A stretch of 64,000 nucleotides of DNA from Candidatus Methylomirabilota bacterium (GCA_035709005.1 DASTFB010000101.1:1483-65482); one strand, 5' to 3'. Positions 28,928 through 36,401 are shown, counted from the stretch's first letter. Program-made: numbers and translations. Notes: generated by a model from the letters alone, not told the origin.

Positions 28928-30336
28928 GCTATCTGCGCACGCTCTTCTTGCATCCGCCTTCGTTCCGGGGCTTCGACGGCGGGGCGGGGTCGCGCTATCA
29001 GGCGCGGCGCGAAGTGCGCTCGTTCTGGTATCCGACCTGGCTGGCTCAGCCCGCCGCCCTCGTCCCCGGCAGCCGGCTCGTCGACGCCCCGCCGGCGGCG
29101 CTGACGCTGGAGGACGTCGCCCCGCTGGCCCGGGACTATGACCTGGCCGTGCTGCACACGAGCACGCCGTCCTTCGCCCACGACCTGCGGGTGGCCGAGG
29201 CGCTGGAGGCCGTCAATCCCCATCTCCTGGTCGGGCTCGTGGGCGCTCACGTCGCCGTGCAGCGCGAACAGGCGCTGGCCAGCTCGCCGGCCATCGACTT
29301 CGTGTGCGGCGCCGAGTTCGACTTCACCGTCCAGGAGGTCGCCCAGGGTCGGCCGCTGGCCACGGTCGCCGGCCTGTCCTACCGGGCCAATGGCAGCGTC
29401 GAGCGGACGGCCGAGCGGCCTCCGCTCGAGAACATGGACGCGCTGCCGTTCGTGGTCGACGTCTATCACCGGGACCTGGTGATCGAGCAATACTTCATCG
29501 GCTACCTGCTCCACCCCTACGTGTCGATCTACACGGGTCGTGGCTGCCGATCCAAGTGCACGTTCTGCCTCTGGCCTCAGACGGTCGGCGGGCAGCGGTA
29601 CCGGACGCGGAGCGTCGAGCACGTGGTGGCCGAGATCGCCCGGGCCAGCCGACTGTTCCCCCAGGTCAAGGAGTACTTCTTCGACGACGACACGTTCACC
29701 GACGACCTGCCCCGGGCCGAGGCGATCGCCCGCGGGCTCGGGCAGCTCGGCGTCACCTGGTCGTGCAATGCCAAGGCGAACGTGCCCTACGCCACGCTGA
29801 AAGTGCTGAAGGACAACGGGCTCCGACTCTTGCTGGTCGGCTACGAGTCGGGCAGCCAGGCCATCCTCAACAACATCAAGAAGGGCGTGCGGCTCGACCG
29901 GGCCCGGCAGTTCACCCGCGACGCCAAGGCCCTCGGCATCAAGGTCCACGGCACCTTCATCATGGGCTTGCCCGGGGAGACGCGCGAGAGCATCGAGGAG
30001 ACCATCCGCTTCGCCCAGGAGATCGATCCCGACACGGTGCAGGCCTCCCTGGCGGCCCCGTATCCCGGCACCGAGCTCCACCGGCAGGCCCGGGAACAGG
30101 GCTGGCTGGTCGACGACGACCTCGTGGACGGCGACGGTGTGCAGGCCGCCGTGCTGGCGTACCCGCACCTGAGGCGCACGGAGATCTTCGCGTCGGTGGA
30201 CGCCTTCTACCGGCGGTTCTACTTCCGCCCGCGCAAGCTCTTCGCGATCGGGGCCGAGATGGTGCGGGACCCCGCGGTCGGCCGCCGCCGCCTCAAAGAG
30301 GGCGTGGAGTTCCTGCGCTTCCTGTCCCGCCGCTAA
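28924..30336 (+). CDS. B12-binding radical SAM protein, HpnJ-like (hopanoid-associated radical SAM family)
   Basis: Cobalamin-binding Rossmann N-domain. The CxxxCxxC motif is present as GRGCRSKCTFCLWPQ. N-terminal ...PPSFRGFDGGAGSRYQARREVRSFWYPTWLAQPAAL and FFDDDTFTD / GVTWSCNAKANVP blocks, which I recall as HpnJ-typical. Confidence 0.7.
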   Translation: MSYLRTLFLHPPSFRGFDGGAGSRYQARREVRSFWYPTWLAQPAALVPGSRLVDAPPAALTLEDVAPLARDYDLAVLHTSTPSFAHDLRVAEALEAVNPHLLVGLVGAHVAVQREQALASSPAIDFVCGAEFDFTVQEVAQGRPLATVAGLSYRANGSVERTAERPPLENMDALPFVVDVYHRDLVIEQYFIGYLLHPYVSIYTGRGCRSKCTFCLWPQTVGGQRYRTRSVEHVVAEIARASRLFPQVKEYFFDDDTFTDDLPRAEAIARGLGQLGVTWSCNAKANVPYATLKVLKDNGLRLLLVGYESGSQAILNNIKKGVRLDRARQFTRDAKALGIKVHGTFIMGLPGETRESIEETIRFAQEIDPDTVQASLAAPYPGTELHRQAREQGWLVDDDLVDGDGVQAAVLAYPHLRRTEIFASVDAFYRRFYFRPRKLFAIGAEMVRDPAVGRRRLKEGVEFLRFLSRR

Positions 30337-30361
30337 CACCGCCAGTTGGATGGGCGTGTGG

Positions 30362-31105
30362 TCACAGCTCACGTGAGTGGGGGAGGGTTGGAGGGGGGCA
30401 TGCTATGCCCCCCTCCAAGTCCATAAGAAGCTCGCTGACCGTCACCAGCTCGTAGCCCGCCCCCCGCAGCTCGTCGACCATGACAGCAAGCGCGGCCAAC
30501 AGCCGCGCCGGCGCTCCGGGCAGCCCTTCGGCGTCGTGGAGATCGACGATGGCGCCGGCATGGGCCCGCTCGCGCACGTGGGCCGCCTGGGCCGAAGGGC
30601 TGCGGGGACGGAGGCCTTCGCCCTGGATCGACCAGAACACGCAGCGCTCGTTGCACCGGCGCAGGGCGGGGTACATCGCCGCATTGACCATGCCCCACGG
30701 CGGCCGGAAGAGCCGGGGCGCGCGCCCGCTGAGATCGCCGAGCAGCTCGTGGGCCCGACCGATCTCCTCGCCCGTCGCCCGCGGCCCCCGCAGCCAGAGG
30801 CTCGAGTGCGACCAGCTGTGGTTGGCGATCTCGTGGCCGGCCGCCGCCGTGTCCCGCACCACCTCGGCCGCCCGGGCCGCCCGCGCGCCGACGAGAAAGA
30901 ACGTCCCGCGGACGCCCAGTCGGGCGAGGAGGGCCAGGACGCGCGGCGTCCAGGCCGGATCGGGGCCGTCGTCGAAGCTCAGGGCGACGCGGCGGCGGTC
31001 CCGCGGTCCGCGCCAGACGCAGGCCGGCGTCGCCAGGTGGGGCAGCCAGGCGTAGGCCAGCCAGGCGCCGACGGCCACACCCGCCGCCGTGAGCCCGGCG
31101 CTCAC
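30362..31105 (-). CDS. Polysaccharide deacetylase (CE4 / NodB-homology; ArnD/HexD-like de-N-acylase)
   Basis: NodB motifs LSFDDGP, HSWSH, RPPWG. GTG start overlapping the stop of the upstream GT28 gene. Confidence 0.8.
   Translation of the reverse strand: MSAGLTAAGVAVGAWLAYAWLPHLATPACVWRGPRDRRRVALSFDDGPDPAWTPRVLALLARLGVRGTFFLVGARAARAAEVVRDTAAAGHEIANHSWSHSSLWLRGPRATGEEIGRAHELLGDLSGRAPRLFRPPWGMVNAAMYPALRRCNERCVFWSIQGEGLRPRSPSAQAAHVRERAHAGAIVDLHDAEGLPGAPARLLAALAVMVDELRGAGYELVTVSELLMDLEGGIACPPPTLPHSREL
30388..30418. terminator. Bidirectional terminator-like perfect palindrome (14-bp arms, 3-nt loop) between convergent operons
   Basis: TTGGAGGGGGGCAT-GCT-ATGCCCCCCTCCAA. It overlaps the last ~19 codons of the CE4 gene, 52 bp past the rSAM stop. 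Confidence 0.55.
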
Positions 31106-32220
31106 GGGGCGATCTCCCGCCGTTCCAGCACGGCCCTGACCACCCGGCGGCTCGCGTCCGGCCGCCGCAGCCGGCGCGTCTGGCGACGCAAGCGCTCCAG
31201 CAGGGCGGGCTCGGCCAGGGCCCGCTCGACGGCTTGTCGGAGCTCGTCGCGCGAGCGGGCGACCAGCGCGACGCCGCACCGCGAGGCGAACCGCTCGTTG
31301 CGCTGCTCTTGCCCCGGCAGGGAGCCGAAGACGACCAGCGGCACCTCGGCGGCCAGAGCCTCGGCCAGGGTCATGCCGCCGGCCTTCGTGACCAGCACGT
31401 CGGCCGCCGCCATGAGCCGTCGGATGTCGGTCACGTAGCCCAGCGTCCGGATCGGGCTGCCTGCGGTGCGGACGCGCAGCTCGGTCTCCAGGCGCCGGTC
31501 GAGCCCGGCGATGACCAGGGCCTGAAGGGGCAAGCGGAGCTGGGCGAGGACGTCCACGACGTCGGGGAGCCGACCGAGCGAGCCCTGGGCCCCCGCCATG
31601 GCGAGCACCACCGGCAGCCGCGAGGACAGGCCGAAGGCGGCGCGGGCCTCGGCAGGGTCGATGGGATCCTCGAACTCCGGGCGCACGGGGACGCCGGTCA
31701 CGACGATCCGCTCCGGAGGGATGCCCCGGGCGATGAACTCGTGCTTCACCTCGTCGGCGGCCACGCAGTAACGGTCCACGTTCCGGGCGATCCACTGGCT
31801 GTGGGCGACGAAGTCCGTCACGACCGTCGTGTGAGCCGGCACCGCGAAGCCCCGGTCGGCGAGGCTCGCCAGCACCACGGCGGGGGTGGCGTGGACGCTG
31901 ACGACGGCGTCCGGGGCCTCGCGCGCGAGCAGCGCGGCCAGCTTGGCCGCCCCCAGGCGGGTGGCGCCGAACGTCAGGGGCGAGTCGCTGGTCAGCCGGT
32001 CGCCGAGCGCGTAGGCCGCTCCCCACAGGCTGGGGCAGCGGCGCAGCGCCCAGTGATACAGTGCTCGCGTCGCGCGCGCGAAGAGCGGGTGGACGAGATC
32101 ACGGAAGTGGTCCACCACGATCGCGGAGGCGCCGGCCCGGCGAAACGCGGTGGCGAGGCTGCGGGCGGCGGCGTTGTGCCCCGAACCGTAGCTCGCGGTG
32201 AGGACGAGCACGCGCGCCAT
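31102..32220 (-). CDS. GT28 glycosyltransferase, MGDG-synthase/UgtP-like (lipid glycosyltransferase)
   Basis: N-terminal MGDG_synth-like domain (VLVLTASYGSGHNAAA). C-terminal GT-B nucleotide-sugar domain (...VTKAGGMTLAEALAAEVPLV...). Confidence 0.75.
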   Translation of the reverse strand: MARVLVLTASYGSGHNAAARSLATAFRRAGASAIVVDHFRDLVHPLFARATRALYHWALRRCPSLWGAAYALGDRLTSDSPLTFGATRLGAAKLAALLAREAPDAVVSVHATPAVVLASLADRGFAVPAHTTVVTDFVAHSQWIARNVDRYCVAADEVKHEFIARGIPPERIVVTGVPVRPEFEDPIDPAEARAAFGLSSRLPVVLAMAGAQGSLGRLPDVVDVLAQLRLPLQALVIAGLDRRLETELRVRTAGSPIRTLGYVTDIRRLMAAADVLVTKAGGMTLAEALAAEVPLVVFGSLPGQEQRNERFASRCGVALVARSRDELRQAVERALAEPALLERLRRQTRRLRRPDASRRVVRAVLERREIAP

Positions 32221-32289
32221 GGCGCGACTATCCTACCCCGAGCGCGCCGCTCCGCTACACTGTGCCGAGACTACGAGTCAGGAGGGCGG

Positions 32290-32418
32290 ATGGGGAACAA
32301 GGGCGCGCTGCAAGTTTTGATCTGGGTGGCGACCCTGTTCTTCGTCGTGATGATGTTCGTGCCGCTGGTCCTGGAGCTGGTGCGTCGTCTCGCTCAGGGG
32401 ATCGAGGGCGTGCCCTGA
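32290..32418 (+). CDS. Small single-TM protein (42 aa)
   Basis: Strong SD CAGGAGGGCGG immediately before the ATG. Hydrophobic helix VLIWVATLFFVVMMFVPLVL. Divergent from the GT28 gene. Confidence 0.4.
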   Translation: MGNKGALQVLIWVATLFFVVMMFVPLVLELVRRLAQGIEGVP

Positions 32419-32816
32419 TGACGGGGGCCGAGCAGCGGCGCCAGCTCGACGGCGTGGAAGCCCTGGACCGCCAGGATCGCTCCGAAGCTCGGCTGGGGCA
32501 CGGCCCGGCACGTCGTGGCGTCCACCAGCACCGAGCCCGGTGCCACGGGGACGACCTCGGCCCCCGGTACCTGGAGGAACACGCGGCGGGTCGGCGCCAG
32601 CACGGCGACGGCGGGCAGGAGGGACTCGGGAAGCTCCCCCGCGCTCTCGAGGAACGGCAGGCCCGAGCAGTCGTGCGACTCGAAGAAGACGCTGCTTCGC
32701 ACGCCGAGGGCGGCGTCGCGCGCGCCGTGAGAGGCGACGCCCGGGGCGGGGAGCAGCGTGGCGACTGCGAGCAGAACGGGGAGGGCCGCGATCAGCAGGG
32801 CGCTTGACCGCAGCAT
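32394..32816 (-). CDS. Putative secreted hypothetical protein
   Basis: N-terminal signal peptide (ALLIAALPVLLAVATLL). The opposite-strand ORF is Arg/Gly junk. Weak call. Confidence 0.35.
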   Translation of the reverse strand: MLRSSALLIAALPVLLAVATLLPAPGVASHGARDAALGVRSSVFFESHDCSGLPFLESAGELPESLLPAVAVLAPTRRVFLQVPGAEVVPVAPGSVLVDATTCRAVPQPSFGAILAVQGFHAVELAPLLGPRHQGTPSIP

Positions 32817-32825
32817 CGCCCGGAC

Positions 32826-33092
32826 CTACGCCGGCTCGCCGGCGGCCCGGCGGAACTCCTGGCGCCCGACCTTCCCCAGCGGCTTTCTGGTCAAGAAATA
32901 GTGGCAGCTCCCCGTGTGGGCCATCACCGCGCTCGTGGCATCGCCCCGGCATCCGGGGCAGCCGTACCGCTCGGGCGTGGCGGGCGTACGGACGAGGGCG
33001 CGCAACGGGTGCTGCTGGCCGCAGCCGGGGCAGGCGATCAGGTGGCTCTCGCAACAGAGGAAGAGGATCGCGCGCTCGTCGGCGTCCAGCAT
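32826..33092 (-). CDS. Small Cys-rich protein with a zf-HC2 (anti-sigma-factor-like) H-x3-C-x2-C motif
   Basis: CESHLIACPGC followed by CPGC. It sits directly upstream of the secreted protein on the same strand. Confidence 0.4.
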   Translation of the reverse strand: MLDADERAILFLCCESHLIACPGCGQQHPLRALVRTPATPERYGCPGCRGDATSAVMAHTGSCHYFLTRKPLGKVGRQEFRRAAGEPA

Positions 33093-33208
33093 AGGGCGGG
33101 CATAGTGAGGCGGGGCGCTCGTGCCGTCAAGCCGCAATGCGTCGACGCGCGGTGGGCTATACCCGTCGGCACAGAATTGTGCCGAATGGAGGAGGGACGC
33201 GCGCGAGG

Positions 33209-33628
33209 ATGAACATCGGTCGCCGTCGACCCGTCGTCAAGACCATGCTCCTCTGCGAGGGGGCGACGCTGGACCCGGCGACGAAGCGCTATACGCTCTC
33301 GGGGGTGTTTCACCGGCTGGAGGTCGGCGGATTTCCGTGCCCCGTCCCGCCGATGATCGCCTACATCGTGATGACCGAGGTGCAGGGCCGGCACCAGTGC
33401 GGTCTCTATCTCAATGATCTCGAGAGTGGCCAGGTCCTGGTGGGACGGGAGGGACGCTTCGGCGGGAGCCAGCCGACGGACATCGTGGAACTCGCGCTCC
33501 AGGTCCTGCCGCGGGTCCATTCCGACGTGCCACCGCTGATCCATGCCGGCCTCTACGAGGTCGCCTTCCTGATCGACGAGCAGCGGGTGGCGTACTGTCC
33601 CTTCGTCGTGCGCCAGGCCGGTGCTTGA
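33209..33628 (+). CDS. Hypothetical protein
   Basis: High GC3 periodicity and a protein-like composition. I recognise no family. Confidence 0.4.
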   Translation: MNIGRRRPVVKTMLLCEGATLDPATKRYTLSGVFHRLEVGGFPCPVPPMIAYIVMTEVQGRHQCGLYLNDLESGQVLVGREGRFGGSQPTDIVELALQVLPRVHSDVPPLIHAGLYEVAFLIDEQRVAYCPFVVRQAGA

Positions 33629-33671
33629 CGATGAAGGTCGGGGAGGTTGCTGCGGGCACAAGACGCGGGCC

Positions 33672-33761
33672 GTGTTCGACCGCTACCATATCGTCAGCCC
33701 GGGCGATCTCCAGGAGGCGGCGAGCAGGCTGTCGGCAACGACGCAGCCTGCCCGTGGTTAG
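33672..33761 (+). pseudogene. Remnant of a tyrosine recombinase/integrase C-terminus (no intact gene)
   Basis: Frame reads ...RAVFDRYHIVSPGDLQEAASRL*. This fits the extreme C-terminal box of tyrosine integrases (catalytic-Tyr box: RY-H-[ILV]-x-P-x-x-L-x-x-A-x-x-x-L). No upstream integrase domains are present. Confidence 0.4.
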
Positions 33762-33829
33762 GGGCTGCTACCATCCTTCCCGTGATGACGCCGGGCTGCT
33801 GAGGACAGAGGCCGGAAGGGAGAGATGTC

Positions 33830-34522
33830 ATGAGAGCTGTTCTCGCACTGGCGGTAGTGATCCTCGTGTTCGTGACCGGCTGCGCCACCAGAGACAAACG
33901 GGTGGCGGTGAAAAAAGAGGAGCCGGTCCTGTGCGCGTTCCTGGGCGACGCCTGCGAGCTCCTCAAACCGGCCGCGCAGAGCGAGGCGGGACTGCGCTAC
34001 GTGAACCCCAAAGTCAACTTCACCAGGTACAACAAGGTAATGGTCGACGTGGTCGGCTTCTTCGGCTCTGATGTGGCGAAGGTCCCGCCCAGGGACCAGC
34101 AGGCGCTCATCGACCTCTTCCACAAGACACTCACCGAGCAGTTGGCAAAACGGTACCAGATCGTGGACCAGCCCGGCCCAGGGGTCGCTCGAGTCCAGGT
34201 GACACTCCTGGACGCCGAGGCGGCGACGGCGCGGGCACGGTCGATCTCTGTGGTGATCGCGCAGAAGCGGGTACCGGCCGCCGGTGCTTCCCTCGTGACC
34301 GGGAGGTATCCGTTCGCCGGCGGGGCCCAGGCGGTCGCGAAGCTCACGGACTCGGTGAGCGGCCAGCTCCTCGGCGCCGCGGTGGATCGGCGCGCAGGGG
34401 GAGGAGCGGTCCAGAGGGCCGGCCAGTGGCAGTGGGGGGACGCCGAGAACGCGATCAAGGCGTGGTCCGAGATCATGGTCGGCGGGCTGTACTCCTATAC
34501 CTCCGGCGCGAGGAAGCCCTAG
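33830..34522 (+). CDS. Lipoprotein (DUF3313-like)
   Basis: Lipobox VTGC. SD GGAAGGGAGAG. Confidence 0.55.
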   Translation: MRAVLALAVVILVFVTGCATRDKRVAVKKEEPVLCAFLGDACELLKPAAQSEAGLRYVNPKVNFTRYNKVMVDVVGFFGSDVAKVPPRDQQALIDLFHKTLTEQLAKRYQIVDQPGPGVARVQVTLLDAEAATARARSISVVIAQKRVPAAGASLVTGRYPFAGGAQAVAKLTDSVSGQLLGAAVDRRAGGGAVQRAGQWQWGDAENAIKAWSEIMVGGLYSYTSGARKP

Positions 34523-34604
34523 CCGGCGATCACGCGTCCTGCGGCTCCGTGCCATCCCCCGCGCTCGCGAATTCTGTGAAACGGCAAACGTTCAGGCGAT
34601 CGCT

Positions 34605-34633
34605 TGACGAGCGTCGTGTAAGTGTGTAACTTC
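34605..34633 (+). promoter_or_regulatory. Putative tRNA-Val promoter (-35 TTGACG, 17-nt spacer, -10 TAACTT)
   Basis: Hexamers with correct spacing, ending ~8 nt before the tRNA 5' end. Confidence 0.35.
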
Positions 34634-34641
34634 CCGGCCGT

Positions 34642-34717
34642 GGACGATTAGCTCAGTTGGCAGAGCGCTGGCCTCACATGCCAGAGGTCACTGGTTCAAG
34701 TCCAGTATCGTCCACCA
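34642..34717 (+). tRNA. tRNA-Val (anticodon CAC), with encoded CCA
   Basis: Cloverleaf: acceptor GGACGAT/ATCGTCC, D arm GCTC...GAGC, anticodon stem CTGGC/GCCAG with loop CTCACAT, T arm ACTGG-TTCAAGT-CCAGT, 3' ACCA. Confidence 0.9.
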
Positions 34718-34741
34718 TCAACCCGCGCGGCGGGAGGTCGC

Positions 34742-34852
34742 ATGGACGAGAAGCGTTTGCAGACCCTGTTGAACGTGCTCACCGTGATCCTCGTCCTCGT
34801 CCTGGCGGGCTCGTTCGCGACCGTGATCAGCGCGGCGCTGTCGGCCAGCTAG
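34742..34852 (+). CDS. Possible 36-aa single-TM peptide immediately downstream of tRNA-Val
   Basis: ATG...TAG ORF encoding MDEKRLQTLLNVLTVILVLVLAGSFATVISAALSAS. There is no clear SD. Speculative. Confidence 0.3.
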   Translation: MDEKRLQTLLNVLTVILVLVLAGSFATVISAALSAS

Positions 34853-34903
34853 AGGAGGGTTGCTGAGCCGAAGCGTTCAGCCTATACTGCGTCACCGTTC
34901 GAC

Positions 34904-35782
34904 ATGGCCGGCGAGGCATTGCTCTGGGAGCGACGGATGAAGGTGTGCATTTTCTTTGACGGGCAGAACTTCTATCGGTCACTGCTCCGTTTCGACGAAT
35001 CTCTTCGCGTCGACTACGATCGTCTCGCCCTCTGGATCACACAGCAAGTGGGTGGCCCGGTCGGAACCTTCGGGGGCGCCTACTACTACGTCGGCCTGTC
35101 CCAGGACGCCCCGCCCCTCGTCGAAGGCTTCCTCAAGGGCCTCGAGCTGCGACCAGGCTACTTCGTCAAGCGTGAGCCGCGCGTCCGCCGCTCCGGCCGG
35201 TGCTTCACCTGCGGAACGGAGTACGAGTACACGACGGAGAAGCGGGTCGATACGCGCCTGGTGGCCGACCTGATCCACTATGCGGCCAACGACGCCTACG
35301 ACGCCGCGGTGCTCGTGTCGGGCGACGACGATTTCGTGCCGGCGGTGGAGGCGGTGAACGCGCTGGGCAAGCAGGTCTGGGTGGCGACGTGGTCGGCCGA
35401 GGAGCTCTCCAAGGACCTGCGCGTGCGCTGCTTCGGTCAGCTCCACCTGAGCGAGGGCATCGCGGCGTTCCGGGCGGAGCGCGCCCGCATCGCCGTGGCC
35501 CGCCCGCTCCGGCCCCCGGCCGTGCCCGTCCTCGACCGGACGCTGGCCGAGCTGCAGCGCGCCGAGGCCAGGCTGCCCCACGTGGGCCGGGGATACTTCG
35601 TCATGCGCTGGCGCTCGCATCTGCTGCCGCCCGCGGGCCCGGAGCGCGAGGCGCTCGTCCAGCAGCTCATCGACGCGGGGCTGGCCGAAGAGTTCGAGGT
35701 CACCGACCCCGAAGGGCGTTCCGTTCGCGCGATTCGCACCCGGGCGATCAGGGCTCCAGAAGGCGTTTCAGCAGCCGGTTGA
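34904..35782 (+). CDS. NYN-domain (LabA-like) putative ribonuclease with an embedded Zn-ribbon and a C-terminal OST-HTH/LOTUS-like region
   Basis: MKVCIFFDGQNFY...LVSGDDDF (NYN acidic residues). CFTCG ribbon. The start is possibly the internal ATG at 34937. Confidence 0.65.
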   Translation: MAGEALLWERRMKVCIFFDGQNFYRSLLRFDESLRVDYDRLALWITQQVGGPVGTFGGAYYYVGLSQDAPPLVEGFLKGLELRPGYFVKREPRVRRSGRCFTCGTEYEYTTEKRVDTRLVADLIHYAANDAYDAAVLVSGDDDFVPAVEAVNALGKQVWVATWSAEELSKDLRVRCFGQLHLSEGIAAFRAERARIAVARPLRPPAVPVLDRTLAELQRAEARLPHVGRGYFVMRWRSHLLPPAGPEREALVQQLIDAGLAEEFEVTDPEGRSVRAIRTRAIRAPEGVSAAG

Positions 35783-36332
35783 CTCCTTCCCGCGCCGTCT
35801 CGCTGCTCGAGCGGCGGCGCGACTCCCGCGGGCTCTCGCAGTCGGGCTCGAGGTCGATCACGGTGAGGGCGGGACCGGACACCGTCATCCGGGAGACGGC
35901 GTCGCTGGCCCGCACGACCTCGACGGCCTGGATCCACGTGGTCACGGGCGCCCGGAACGGCCGGCGACCGTCACGGCAGAAATAGGTCTCTACCTTCTCC
36001 ACGCGGACGTCGACCAGCAGCGCGTGGTCGGCCCCCACGTCCCGGGCCCGCATGGCCGCGGCGAGCCGGTCGATCCGGCTGACCTGCTGCGCATCCCGGG
36101 CGGGGACGGCGCGCGCGTCGAGGGCTTCCAGCAACAGGCCCGCGTAGGCGACGGGCAGAGACAGCCGCTCCTGCGCGCCGAAGTCGCCGGAGTCCACGAC
36201 GAAGCGCAGCACGACCGCGGGTTGACGGATCTGGGCCGGTGTGAAGTCCGGGGCCGGTGGCGCGGCCTCCTCGCTGGCCGGTCCCGCACAGGCGGCGAGG
36301 AGCAGAACGAGAGCCAGAATACCGGCCAGCAT
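35748..36332 (-). CDS. Lipoprotein of unknown function
   Basis: Lipobox LLAACAG. Confidence 0.5.
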   Translation of the reverse strand: MLAGILALVLLLAACAGPASEEAAPPAPDFTPAQIRQPAVVLRFVVDSGDFGAQERLSLPVAYAGLLLEALDARAVPARDAQQVSRIDRLAAAMRARDVGADHALLVDVRVEKVETYFCRDGRRPFRAPVTTWIQAVEVVRASDAVSRMTVSGPALTVIDLEPDCESPRESRRRSSSETAREGVNRLLKRLLEP

Positions 36333-36401
36333 ACCGGCAGGGTATCATTGCCGCCGTGGCGCCGGCTGTAGATCCGCCGTAACGTCGCGCCCGGGGGACG
36401 G

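Noticed and set aside
33038-33661. 207-aa - strand ORF opposite the 33209-33628 hypothetical gene.
   Set aside because: - Ser/Arg/Pro-rich low-complexity translation.
- The + strand frame shows a better protein-like composition and GC3 pattern. Both remain low confidence.
34657-34866. 69-aa ORF overlapping tRNA-Val.
   Set aside because: - Covers the tRNA cloverleaf.
- Translation is low complexity.
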